A stretch of 64,000 nucleotides of DNA from an uncultured Thermodesulfobacteriota bacterium. GTDB taxonomy: Bacteria; Desulfobacterota; WTBG01; CAIYCZ01; CAIRTM01. Shown in pieces: positions 50,474 through 60,171 of the stretch; positions within the stretch are counted from its first letter, which is position 1, and each line of letters begins with the position of its first letter. The stretch is taken from assembly GCA_964566035.1 (NCBI GenBank), contig CAZMHH010000003.1:5220-69219 (forward strand). Direction: 5' to 3'. Under the pieces are notes generated by a model. That model was not told the origin of the DNA. It made no database searches and was given only the letters and a program-made list of their open reading frames with translations. The position numbers and the translations under genes are program-made.

Positions 50474-51610
50474 ATGGCAGGAAAAGAGTTTAAATCGGAT
50501 TTTTTGCTTTTAAGGGTTTTTATTATTTTATGTTTATTGCCCGCAGCTGCTTTTTCGTGTGCTTCCAACACCGAGGAAGAATCTGCAATTAGGCAGGAGA
50601 AAAGGCTTGTTAAGCTTATTGAAGTTTCCGGATTTTCTCCAACAAAGACAAGAGCATTTCCGGCAATTGCCAAGGCAACAAGAGAGGTTCAACTTGCTTT
50701 TCGTGTAAGGGGTCCTCTGGTGAACTTTCCGGTCAATGTTGGCGACTATGTTGAAAAGGGACAGCTTATAGCTCAGATAGACAGAAGGGATTACAAAGTC
50801 AGGTTAAAATCAGCAAAAGCAGCGCTTGAGACCTGTCGGGCGGAAATGGAGGTTGCAAGACTTCAATACGATAGACACAAAAATCTGCTAAAAACAGAGG
50901 CTGTTGCAAAAGCACGGTATGACAGGGTAAAAGCTGATTTCGAGATGATAACAGCCAAAGCAGATGCTGCACTACAGGAGTTCAGGGCGGCGCAGGATGC
51001 ATTAAGGGACACACGGCTTGAGGCCCCGTTTTCAGGGTTTGTGAATACTAAATTTGTTGAAAATCACGATAATGTTCAGGCAATGCAGCCAATTGTATTA
51101 TTTCTTGACTGTTCTGCAATTGAGGTTGTCGCAGGTCTTCCTGAGGAGATGCTTGTAAAAAGTGTTAAATTGAAGGGTTTTGAATGCGGATTTGAAACAT
51201 ACCCAGGCATCAGGTTCAAAGCGGACTTGAAGGAGCTTGGTACAAAACCTCTGATTTCAAATCAGAGCTATCCATTAACGGTTATATTGAGCATGGAAGA
51301 TTCGGCTAAAGTCAAACCCGGAATGGCAGCGACTGTTTTTGTAACGTTTTTTTCAGAGAATGACCATCCGTTTTACGTTCCTGTAGAGGCTGTTGTGTCT
51401 GATATTGAAGAAAAAAGCTATCTCTGGATATATAACCCTGAAAGCAGCACAGTAAACAGAAGATATGTTGAAACAGGAAGTATTACTTCTTCAGGCATTG
51501 AGGTCAAAAACAATCTCAAGAAAGGCGAGTGGGTTGTAAGGGCTGGAGCTCACTTCCTTAAAGAGGATGAACAGGTAAAACCAGTGTTCCCGGGACAAGA
51601 GATGTTTTAG
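50474..51610 (+). CDS. RND efflux periplasmic adaptor (MFP)
   Basis: LAFRVRGPL...V.VGD.V.KGQLIAQID lipoyl half, LEAPFSG, KPGM, GL-type C-terminal EWVV.AG. Confidence 0.9.
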   Translation: MAGKEFKSDFLLLRVFIILCLLPAAAFSCASNTEEESAIRQEKRLVKLIEVSGFSPTKTRAFPAIAKATREVQLAFRVRGPLVNFPVNVGDYVEKGQLIAQIDRRDYKVRLKSAKAALETCRAEMEVARLQYDRHKNLLKTEAVAKARYDRVKADFEMITAKADAALQEFRAAQDALRDTRLEAPFSGFVNTKFVENHDNVQAMQPIVLFLDCSAIEVVAGLPEEMLVKSVKLKGFECGFETYPGIRFKADLKELGTKPLISNQSYPLTVILSMEDSAKVKPGMAATVFVTFFSENDHPFYVPVEAVVSDIEEKSYLWIYNPESSTVNRRYVETGSITSSGIEVKNNLKKGEWVVRAGAHFLKEDEQVKPVFPGQEMF

Positions 51611-51788
51611 CCCGTTTTATCAAAAAACCTCTAAAACATTGTCGTGTTTAGTCCGGACTGTAGGATATTGAATCTATTGGAAATGCTTCAGACAATGGAA
51701 TGGATGTTATAGGAAAAATCCGGTAAAAAGCGTTATATCTCCAAATTATAAAAGAAAAAAACGAATATTTATTGAAAAAGATTATTAA

Positions 51789-54700
51789 ATGAACTTTCCT
51801 GAATACGCAGTTAAATATACCCCGCTTGTGCTTTTTGCTCTTGTTCTTTTAGTTTTAAGTGGCCTTTACTCATACAACAGGCTGGGCAAACTTGAAGACC
51901 CTGAGTTTACAATCAAGATAGCCACAGTTGTAACATACTACCCCGGAGCCTCAGCTGTTGAGGTTGAACAGCAGGTAACAGATGAGATAGAAAAGGCTGT
52001 TCAGAGACTGGAAGGCATTGATAAAATACGCTCTGTCTCAAAAGCAGGTGTATCAATTGTATATGTTTATATTCTTGAATCATTTCGTCCCAAACAAATT
52101 CCGCAAAAATGGGATATCCTCAGACGCAAGGTGATTGAAGCAGAAAAAGAGCTTCCGCCTGGAGCTTATAAACCAATGGTTTTTGATGACTATGGAGACG
52201 TGTTCGGTGTTTTTTTAGCTCTTACCGGTGATGGATACTCCTATGCCGAGATGAAAAAATATGCCCTTTTTATTCAAAGAGAGCTTCTTCTGGTTGAAGA
52301 TGTGAACAGGGTTGAAATATGGGGCACACGTACTGAATGCATATATGTTGAGATATCAAGGTCCCGTCTTTCTGAAATTGGCATACACCCACAGCAGATT
52401 ATAGATACGCTTCAAAAACAGAATTTAATTGTTGATTCAGGCAGGGTTGATGCAGGTACAGAAAGGATACGTCTCGAACCATCAGGCACTTTCTCAAGTG
52501 TTGAAGAGGTTGAAGGGCTTGTCATAAGAGGTGCGGAAAAACAGGAACTTGTGCTGATGAAGGATGTGGCAAATATAAAAAAGAGCTATGTTGATCCTCC
52601 GCAAAACATGATGCAGTTCAATGGAAAACCGGCTATAGGGATAGCCATTTCAACAGTATCACGTGGAAATGTTGTAAACATGGGACAGGCTGTAAAGAAA
52701 AGGCTTGAAGAGCTTATGCATCAACTTCCCGCAGGTATTGAAGGCGGTGTGGTTTCGTATCAGGCGGAAGATGTTCTGGAGGCTATAAACAGTTTTATTT
52801 TAAATCTTATCATGGCTGTGGCAATTGTTACAGCCATACTGCTTGTTACCATGGGTATCAGAAGCGGACTTCTGATAAGCAGTGCCCTTATATTTACCAT
52901 ACTCGGAACTTTTGTTGTCATGCTTCCTTTGGGCATTGATCTGCAAAGGGCGTCTCTTGGTGCACTTATAATAGCCCTCGGGATGCTTGTTGACAATGCA
53001 ATAGTGGTAACAGAAGGCTCGCTTGTAAGCCTTCAGAAGGGGGATAACAGACTTGCCGCAATGACTCAGCCAGCAAAAAAAACTGCATGGCCCCTTTTAG
53101 GTGCAACAATTATTGCGATTGCAGGTTTTCTGCCAATTGCCCTTGCACGCAACAACACTGGCGAATACTGTTTAAGCCTGTTCCAGGTTGTGGCTATTTC
53201 GCTTGCCATAAGCTGGATTATTGCAATGACTGTAACACCGGTGCTCAGCAGCCTGTTTCTTCGCATTTCTGCAAATAAACAGGGAACAGACCCTTATGCA
53301 AGCCCGTTTTACAGAAACTACAAATTCGTTCTTAAAAAGGCGCTTATTTACAGAAAAGCAACGATTCTGATGATGTTCTTCCTTCTTGTAACGGGTTTAT
53401 ATGCGTTTTCTTATGTCCAGCAAATCTTCTTTCCTGATTCCGACAAAAAAATGTTCATAATAGAATACTGGCTTCCGGAAGGGTCAAATATATATAATGT
53501 TTCTGAAGATGTTGCGGAAATTGAGCAGCATCTTATAGACAAATATCCTGAAATAGTTTCAGTTGCATCATGTATAGGGGAAGGAGCCCCACGATTTAAT
53601 TTAAGCTTTGAACCCGAAATCCCAAATTCAAGCTTTGGACAGCTTATAGTAAATGTTAAAAAGCTTGATGACATTGAAGCCTTGCTTCCTGATATTCAGG
53701 ATTATCTCAAAAATAATTTTCCGCAGGCAGAACCAAGGCTCAGAAGATTTCCGCTTGGTCCTTTCACCCCGTTTAAAATTGAAGCCCGCATAAGCGGACC
53801 TGATCCAGCTGTTCTTAGGCGGCTCTCCAAACAGGCTCAGGATATAATGAGTTCAGACAGGCTTAGCAAGGATACACGTGATAACTGGAGACAGAAGACA
53901 AAGTTATGTGCTCCCGATTTTTCACAGCCAAAGGCAAGAAGAGCAAATGTATCACGCCAGGATTTGGCAACATCGCTTTCAATATTCACCGACGGACTTC
54001 CTGTGGCAATTTACAGGGAGGCAGATGAACTGCTTCCCATAATTGTCAGGGCGCCTGATGAAGAAAGGCGGGATGTTGACAACCTTGAGAACCTTCCTGT
54101 ATGGGGATCCTCGTTTAAGAGCGTTCCTCTTAAACAGATTGTTAATGATATAAAAACAGTATGGGAAGACCCGATTATTCAACGCTATAACAGAAGGAGA
54201 ACCATAACCGCTCAGTGCGATCCGATAGAGGGAATAACATCAAATGAGCTGCTTCAAAGAATTAAACCTGCCGTAGAGGCAATTGAGCTGCCTCGCGGAT
54301 ATTATCTGGAATGGGGGGGAGAGTTTGAAGAGGATGAAAAAGCGGGCGAAGCTGTCTATTCTCAGCTGCCGATTGCTTTTTTAGTAATGGCGTTTGCAAT
54401 TGTTGCCCTTTTTAACGGATTCAGACAGCCTCTTATTATTGTTCTGATTCTGCCCCTTTCATTGATTGGTGTCTCAGCGGGACTGCTTACAACAGGACAG
54501 CCGTTTGGTTTCATGGCTCTGCTTGGTGTTTTGAGCCTATTCGGTATGCTCATTAAAAATGCTGTTGTGCTTCTGAAACAGATTGATTCAACAATCGGCG
54601 AAGGAACAAATCCATATCATGCTGTAGTAGACTCCTCAATAAGCCGTATGAGACCTGTTATGATGGCATCTTTTACCACGGTTCTTGGCATGATTCCTCT

Positions 54701-54833
54701 TTTAACAGACAGGCTTTATGCATCAATGGCGGTTGCAATAATGTTTGGTCTGACATTTGCTACTGTTCTGACCCTTATTGTGGTGCCTGTTTTATATACA
54801 ATGTTTTTCAGGATATCTTCTGAGCCCCTGTAA
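51789..54833 (+). CDS. RND efflux permease (AcrB/AcrD/AcrF family)
   Basis: LGKLEDPEFTI, ALGMLVDNAIVV, GMLIKNAVVL, RMRPVMMASFTTVLGMIPL; about 12 TM. Confidence 0.95.
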   Translation: MNFPEYAVKYTPLVLFALVLLVLSGLYSYNRLGKLEDPEFTIKIATVVTYYPGASAVEVEQQVTDEIEKAVQRLEGIDKIRSVSKAGVSIVYVYILESFRPKQIPQKWDILRRKVIEAEKELPPGAYKPMVFDDYGDVFGVFLALTGDGYSYAEMKKYALFIQRELLLVEDVNRVEIWGTRTECIYVEISRSRLSEIGIHPQQIIDTLQKQNLIVDSGRVDAGTERIRLEPSGTFSSVEEVEGLVIRGAEKQELVLMKDVANIKKSYVDPPQNMMQFNGKPAIGIAISTVSRGNVVNMGQAVKKRLEELMHQLPAGIEGGVVSYQAEDVLEAINSFILNLIMAVAIVTAILLVTMGIRSGLLISSALIFTILGTFVVMLPLGIDLQRASLGALIIALGMLVDNAIVVTEGSLVSLQKGDNRLAAMTQPAKKTAWPLLGATIIAIAGFLPIALARNNTGEYCLSLFQVVAISLAISWIIAMTVTPVLSSLFLRISANKQGTDPYASPFYRNYKFVLKKALIYRKATILMMFFLLVTGLYAFSYVQQIFFPDSDKKMFIIEYWLPEGSNIYNVSEDVAEIEQHLIDKYPEIVSVASCIGEGAPRFNLSFEPEIPNSSFGQLIVNVKKLDDIEALLPDIQDYLKNNFPQAEPRLRRFPLGPFTPFKIEARISGPDPAVLRRLSKQAQDIMSSDRLSKDTRDNWRQKTKLCAPDFSQPKARRANVSRQDLATSLSIFTDGLPVAIYREADELLPIIVRAPDEERRDVDNLENLPVWGSSFKSVPLKQIVNDIKTVWEDPIIQRYNRRRTITAQCDPIEGITSNELLQRIKPAVEAIELPRGYYLEWGGEFEEDEKAGEAVYSQLPIAFLVMAFAIVALFNGFRQPLIIVLILPLSLIGVSAGLLTTGQPFGFMALLGVLSLFGMLIKNAVVLLKQIDSTIGEGTNPYHAVVDSSISRMRPVMMASFTTVLGMIPLLTDRLYASMAVAIMFGLTFATVLTLIVVPVLYTMFFRISSEPL

Positions 54834-54920
54834 CTTTTTATATTGACAAACCATGTAAAATAATTAAAAAGTATAATGAAGGTATAAAATATTAATATTA
54901 TCAGAAAAAGGGGGGCTTTT

Positions 54921-55178
54921 ATGATAGTCGAATGTCCGAAATGCGGAAGTCCGGTAAGTGATCAGGTTTGTGAGAGTTTCTTTTATGGTGAAAACACAAA
55001 TCCATTTTGTGAATACTGCAAATGCAGCCTGAAAGAACATCTCATTTCCATGAAAGATGAGCAGAAATGGGAGGAACGTTTCAGCGGGCTTAATCATTCC
55101 GAGGAGAAGTTTACTAAAAAAGTTAAAGATGGAATTGGAAAAAAAGTTGACGAGACCAAAGAATTTTTCTGGGGATAG
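54921..55178 (+). CDS. Small hypothetical zinc-ribbon protein
   Basis: GGGGG RBS, CPKC...CEYC pairs, charged helical tail; fills an otherwise empty gap. Confidence 0.55.
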   Translation: MIVECPKCGSPVSDQVCESFFYGENTNPFCEYCKCSLKEHLISMKDEQKWEERFSGLNHSEEKFTKKVKDGIGKKVDETKEFFWG

Positions 55179-55896
55179 TATTGATAAAACAGCAAATCAG
55201 TCGCGAAAACTGGTTAATTTTTTTAATTTGATCGCTCCCAGATATGACATGATGAATACCCTGCTCAGTTTCGGGCTCCATTTTTTATGGAGAAGAGAAA
55301 CGATAAAACAGGCTGAAATAAAAAAAGAGAGTATGGTTCTTGACCTTTGTGGAGGAACAGGGGATTTGAGCATCCTTGCAGCAGAAAGTTATTCAGAAAA
55401 CAGTCTGCTTATTTATGATTTCAGTCCCGGAATGATAGCAAGAGGAATGGAGAAGATAAAAAAAAGGGGGCTTTCAGATAAAATTAATTTTATCTGCGGA
55501 GATGTTGAAGACATTGCCGCACAGGATAAAACTTTTGATATTGTCATTACAGGGTTTGGGCTGCGCAATATTGTTGACAGAGAAAAAGTCCTGGCAGAAT
55601 CTTTCAGAGTCTTAAAACAGGGAGGAAGTTTTATCTGTCTTGAATTCTCAACCCCGATGTTTCCCCCGTTTGTTTTCCTTTATAATTTATACTCCAGATA
55701 TGCAATACCATTTTTGGGAAGCGTTGTGGCCGGTTCAAGAAAATCCTACCGTTATCTTGTTGACTCCATAAATGCTTTTCCACCCCCTGAGGAGATTGTA
55801 TCTCTTTTTGAAGAGGCAGGTTTTGAGCAGGTAAGCTTCAAGAGACTGTGTCTGGGAGTAGCAGCGATACATAAGGGGTTTAAGCCGGAGAAATAG
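55129..55896 (+). CDS. ubiE: UbiE/MenG quinone biosynthesis C-methyltransferase
   Basis: IAPRYDMMNTLLSFG.H..WR, VLDLCGGTGD, GFGLRN, RVLKQGG...CLEFS, Y.YL.DSI..FP. Start uncertain; ATG 55129 is the nearest. Confidence 0.88.
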   Translation: MELEKKLTRPKNFSGDSIDKTANQSRKLVNFFNLIAPRYDMMNTLLSFGLHFLWRRETIKQAEIKKESMVLDLCGGTGDLSILAAESYSENSLLIYDFSPGMIARGMEKIKKRGLSDKINFICGDVEDIAAQDKTFDIVITGFGLRNIVDREKVLAESFRVLKQGGSFICLEFSTPMFPPFVFLYNLYSRYAIPFLGSVVAGSRKSYRYLVDSINAFPPPEEIVSLFEEAGFEQVSFKRLCLGVAAIHKGFKPEK

Positions 55897-55954
55897 GGCA
55901 GGGGAATTCTAATGTTGCAGAACAGAAAATAACTTCTGATGAAACAACTCCTTT

Positions 55955-56644
55955 TTATAAATCAGAGGCAGCACTGCCTGACTTATGTCTTATTATTTCA
56001 CCTGTTACAGTATAGATAACCTGTTTTGCCATATTTTTGATATTATCTCCCATACGTTCAATAATAAAGCAGAGAGAATATATATGCAGCAGTGATTCCA
56101 TCTGCCAGGGATCTTGCGGAAGACTGTTCTCAATCTTTTCATTAATCATTTTTATTATTGTTTTTTTAAGTTCGTTTATCTCTCTGTCCGCCCCCCATAC
56201 CTGTCTTGCAAGTTCCTCATCAAGATTCAATACACAGTCAACGGACATTTGAAGCATTTTTTTTGCCTTTTGAGCCATTATCCGAAGTTCATCAACTAAA
56301 CAAACAGAGCTTATCGCAGACAGTTCAATAGCCCTTTCGGCAATGTGCACTGCTTTATCGCCCACCCTTTCAAGCTCATGGTTGATTTTCAAAAGAGTAT
56401 ATATATGCCTTAAATCCTTTCCAACAGGCTGCTGAAGAGCAAGAACCTTTAGCACATCATCCTCTATTTCCACTTCAAGTTCATCAATTATTCTATCATC
56501 CTGAATAACCCTTTGGGCTTTTTCAATATCACTGTCAAAAAGGGCATTGATGCTGTTTTCGAACTCCTGATCAACAAGCAGAAAGAGCCTCTTGAGCTTT
56601 TCTTTAATCTTTTTCAAATCTCTTTCAAAGTGTAAAAGAGCCAT
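55955..56644 (-). CDS. phoU: Phosphate signalling protein PhoU
   Basis: D..IDELE..IE...L..LALQQPV..DLR, ELERVGD.A..IA, ERMGD...N.A. Confidence 0.93.
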   Translation of the reverse strand: MALLHFERDLKKIKEKLKRLFLLVDQEFENSINALFDSDIEKAQRVIQDDRIIDELEVEIEDDVLKVLALQQPVGKDLRHIYTLLKINHELERVGDKAVHIAERAIELSAISSVCLVDELRIMAQKAKKMLQMSVDCVLNLDEELARQVWGADREINELKKTIIKMINEKIENSLPQDPWQMESLLHIYSLCFIIERMGDNIKNMAKQVIYTVTGEIIRHKSGSAASDL

Positions 56645-56789
56645 TATTTAATCCTCTGAATAAATGCTGATATATTGATAAATGACTTATCTCTATATAT
56701 AGCACTTATTTAATCAATTTTCAAAACAATATAACTTTCGAATTGACTCAAAATAAATATTACGAAAAGGCTCTGCTGAAAAGTTGGAG

Positions 56790-56816
56790 TTAACAGTTAA
56801 TTAACGTAAAACTAAC
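56790..56816. promoter_or_regulatory. Putative Pho-box array 1 (three 11-bp-spaced direct repeats)
   Basis: TTAAC at 56790, TTAAC at 56801, CTAAC at 56812, in the phoU/TonB-operon divergent intergenic region. Confidence 0.6.
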
Positions 56817-56900
56817 AAAAGCCGCATCAGTAAAAACGCAACCATTTGACAAAACTTGCGGTTTAATAAAAACACCTGCTACCGATTCACAAAAATACAA

Positions 56901-56939
56901 TTAACAGTATCTTAACTGTAGCTTTATTGAGTATTAACA
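56901..56939. promoter_or_regulatory. Putative Pho-box array 2
   Basis: TTAACA at 56901, TTAACT at 56912, degenerate TTTATT at 56923, TTAACA at 56934; all in an 11-bp register. Confidence 0.6.
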
Positions 56940-56993
56940 CCACGTAGTTAAATTTAAATTCAGAAACTGATAATCAACCAAAGAGGAAAATAA

Positions 56994-57749
56994 ATGCTTA
57001 AAGCAAAACAGTTGTGTCTGCCCTTGTTTATCTCAATTTTTTTTTCATTGCCTGTTAGTGCATATCAGAAAGAAGAGGTGGAGGATACCATCGAAAAAAG
57101 CATAGAGATAAGAGAGCAGACCCAGAATAAAAGCGCACAGTGGCAAAGCAGAAAAGAGAAACTCAAAAGCAGATACTATCAGCTTAAGGATTCCTTTGAT
57201 GCAATTGACGTTGAAGTTAGCCACATGCAGGAAATTGTTGACAGACAAAACGTCTATATAGCCCGTATGGAGAATAGAATTATTGAGATGGAGAAAATAC
57301 GTCAGCACCTGGTTCCTTTTCTTGAAGAGATACTGGACAGTATGCAGGAGACTGTGGATAACGATCTGCCGTTTCTTGTTCAGGAACGTGCCACACGGAT
57401 TAGCGCCCTCAGACAGGTCATACATGATCCGGAGCTGAGCATGGGTGAAAAACTCAGACGGGTATTCGAAAGTCTCAGGGTTGAGATGGATTACGGAAAA
57501 TCTGTTGAAACGACAAAAGAGGAGATCAGTTTCGATGGCGAAGAAATTATTGTAAAGGTATTAAGGCTTGGACGTACAGCTCTGTTGATGCTGACACTTG
57601 ATGATAGCAAAGCTGGAATTTTCTCTCAGGGCCGGTGGATTAGCCTTCCCGGCAAATACCGGGGGGAAATAAAAAAAGCCATCGAGATAACTGAAAGAAG
57701 AAGACCTATTGAATTTGTTAATCTTCCCGTTACAGGAGTGACTAAGTGA
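56994..57749 (+). CDS. DUF3450-family (TtpB-like) periplasmic coiled-coil protein
   Basis: Signal peptide, coiled coil, DLPFL..ER..RI, EKLRRVFE..RVE.DYG, LRLGRTAL. Confidence 0.82.
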   Translation: MLKAKQLCLPLFISIFFSLPVSAYQKEEVEDTIEKSIEIREQTQNKSAQWQSRKEKLKSRYYQLKDSFDAIDVEVSHMQEIVDRQNVYIARMENRIIEMEKIRQHLVPFLEEILDSMQETVDNDLPFLVQERATRISALRQVIHDPELSMGEKLRRVFESLRVEMDYGKSVETTKEEISFDGEEIIVKVLRLGRTALLMLTLDDSKAGIFSQGRWISLPGKYRGEIKKAIEITERRRPIEFVNLPVTGVTK

Positions 57750-59161
57750 AAAAAGTTTTTTTTAGCGGCCTTGCCCTATTTCTACTATTAAGTCAACCTT
57801 TTCTAATTTCTGCTGAAGATGTTCAACAGGATTTAAAATCAACATTAATAGAAAAAGCAAAAAGAAAAGCCTCGGAGGATGAGTCAAAGGCACGCAGAGA
57901 GGCAATAAAGCGGGAGGCTGAGATTCTTTTTGAGAGCGGAGAGCTTGAGAAAAGACTCTCGGAAATTGAGCAGGCATCAAAGAAAAAACAGAAAATGCTG
58001 TCATCTCTCAACAAACGCTATATGGAGAATGACAAAGAGATAGAGAGGCTTCAGAAAAAGATCGAGGATCAGGAAGGTGCAATGAATGAGATATCCGGCT
58101 CTGTACGGGGCATAGCACAGGATACTGCTGTATCCCTGAGAAACTCCATTGTTTCGGGTGAAATCCCTAACAGGAATGATCTTATAGAACCCCTGCTTTC
58201 TGAGATTGAATTTCCATCACTTGAAAATATTACTAAAATGGTTGAAGTAATATTCGGCGAAATTCAACAGAACGGCAGGATATCAACAAAGCCTCTGAAA
58301 TATATCGGAGCTGATGGAAGAGAGACAGAAGGTCTGGTTATGAGAATCGGGGCTTTTAATGCGCTTTATTATAAAGATGGCAAGGCAGGTTATCTTGAAT
58401 ATATTCCTGTAAAACAGGCATTCCATCAACTGACCGTTGAACCACCAAAAGAGATGATAAAAGAAGCGACCCGGTTCTTTGAAGAAAAATCTTCTTCATT
58501 TTATCTTGATCTTTCCTCAGGAAGCGCATTCCGCCAGCTCACAGACATGCCGACCTGGTATGAAGGATTAAAAGCCGGAGGTGTTCTTATATATCCATTA
58601 ATATTTATAGGTGCTATTGCCCTGATACTTATATTCGAGCGGATGATAGTGCTTGTAAAAGAGGGTGGAGAAGCGGAGAGATTGTCGACAGAAATAAATC
58701 CAATGCTCAAGAACAGAGAATGGAATAAAGCAGTTGAGAGATGTCAGAAGAGAAAAAGCAGCCTTTCAAAGGTGGTGGAGGAAGGTATTACTCACCGCAG
58801 CGAACGGGTTGAGGTGCTTGAATCGGTGATGCAGGAAGCAATACAGGGAACACTTCCAAGACTTGAGAGAAATATGTCTGCGCTGCAGATACTTGGTATG
58901 GTAGCGCCGCTTATAGGTCTGCTTGGAACTGTAACAGGTATGATATCAACCTTTCAGATGATAACCCTTTACGGCACCGGAGATCCAAAGATTATGTCAG
59001 GAGGTATATCAGAGGCGCTTGTAACAACAGAATATGGGCTGATAGTGGCTATTCCGATAATTCTGATGCACGGTTACCTTAACAGCAGAATAGACAGGAT
59101 CGTGGGAATACTTGAGGAAAGGGCGATAACAATAGTAAATTCAGTTAAAAAAAGCGGATAG
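57746..59161 (+). CDS. Long MotA/TolQ/ExbB protein with large periplasmic N-domain (TtpC-like)
   Basis: Signal peptide, RIGAFNA, AGG.L.YPL, APLIGLLGTVTGMI.TF, GGISEALVTTEYGL.VAIP. Confidence 0.88.
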   Translation: MKKVFFSGLALFLLLSQPFLISAEDVQQDLKSTLIEKAKRKASEDESKARREAIKREAEILFESGELEKRLSEIEQASKKKQKMLSSLNKRYMENDKEIERLQKKIEDQEGAMNEISGSVRGIAQDTAVSLRNSIVSGEIPNRNDLIEPLLSEIEFPSLENITKMVEVIFGEIQQNGRISTKPLKYIGADGRETEGLVMRIGAFNALYYKDGKAGYLEYIPVKQAFHQLTVEPPKEMIKEATRFFEEKSSSFYLDLSSGSAFRQLTDMPTWYEGLKAGGVLIYPLIFIGAIALILIFERMIVLVKEGGEAERLSTEINPMLKNREWNKAVERCQKRKSSLSKVVEEGITHRSERVEVLESVMQEAIQGTLPRLERNMSALQILGMVAPLIGLLGTVTGMISTFQMITLYGTGDPKIMSGGISEALVTTEYGLIVAIPIILMHGYLNSRIDRIVGILEERAITIVNSVKKSG

Positions 59162-59167
59162 TCAAAA

Positions 59168-59767
59168 ATGATCTGGGACATAACAGTATATGAGTATATA
59201 AAGATGGGGGGCTGGGTCATGATGCCTCTTATCGGTCTTGCTTTTGTACTGGGGTGGCTGATCATTGAAAGGTTTCTCTATTTCAAGCAATTACAGAAAG
59301 ATGATATTACAACCGACGAAATAATTCTGTCGGTGCAGGAAAATAAAATAGGTGCTGTAGAGAAAAACGGCATTCACAGAGAGATAATGCAAGGTCTGAT
59401 TGATAAAAAAAGGTGTTACGGCTATCTGGATGCTCTTGTTGTGGAAGAGGTTGAAAAAAAAGTAGTACCCGAGCTTAGCCGAAATATGCGGAGCATTTCA
59501 GCCCTGACTGCTGCAGCCCCGCTCCTTGGGCTTCTCGGAACAGTTTCGGGCATGATAACAACTTTTAATGTAATGAATGTGTTTGGCACCGGAAACGCAA
59601 AAGCAATGTCGGGCGGAATATCCCAGGCGCTTGTAACGACACAGTTCGGCCTGGTTGTAGCAATTATCGGTCTTTATATGGCAATGATACTGAACCAGCA
59701 TGTAAAAAAGTATGAAACCATAGCCAGAGAAGCAACAGTGCATATCATAAGGAAATTTAACCTATGA
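59168..59767 (+). CDS. exbB: ExbB proton channel
   Basis: GGWVM.PL, APLLGLLGTVSGMI.TF, GGISQALVTTQFGL. Confidence 0.9.
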   Translation: MIWDITVYEYIKMGGWVMMPLIGLAFVLGWLIIERFLYFKQLQKDDITTDEIILSVQENKIGAVEKNGIHREIMQGLIDKKRCYGYLDALVVEEVEKKVVPELSRNMRSISALTAAAPLLGLLGTVSGMITTFNVMNVFGTGNAKAMSGGISQALVTTQFGLVVAIIGLYMAMILNQHVKKYETIAREATVHIIRKFNL

Positions 59768-60171
59768 TTCAAATAAAGAGAAGACGCGCTGCAGGCGCAA
59801 TCGAGCTGAATATGGGACCTCTGATGGATCTTGTCTTTCTGCTTCTCATATTCTTTATTGTTACAACAACGTTTGTAAAAGAAACAGGGCTTGAGGTGCA
59901 CCGGCCTTCGGCTAAGACAGCAGCAAAGCAGGACAAGGCTACTGTGCTGATCGGGGTAAGTAAAGAAGGCACAGTCTATATGGAAAACAGAGTTATTGAT
60001 ATCAGGGCAGTGAGGGCAAATGTTGAAAAAGCGCTGGTTGAAAACCCGGAAGCAGGTGTAATTGTTGTTGCGGATAAAGAGAGCTCAACCGGGGTTGTGG
60101 TAAATGTTATTGATCAGTGCAGGCTTGCCGGTGCAAGGGGCGTGTCCATAGCCGCAAAAAGTGAAGAATGA
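59764..60171 (+). CDS. exbD: ExbD
   Basis: NMGPLMDLVFLLLIFFIVTTTF, ADKES..G.VV.VID. Confidence 0.92.
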   Translation: MIQIKRRRAAGAIELNMGPLMDLVFLLLIFFIVTTTFVKETGLEVHRPSAKTAAKQDKATVLIGVSKEGTVYMENRVIDIRAVRANVEKALVENPEAGVIVVADKESSTGVVVNVIDQCRLAGARGVSIAAKSEE

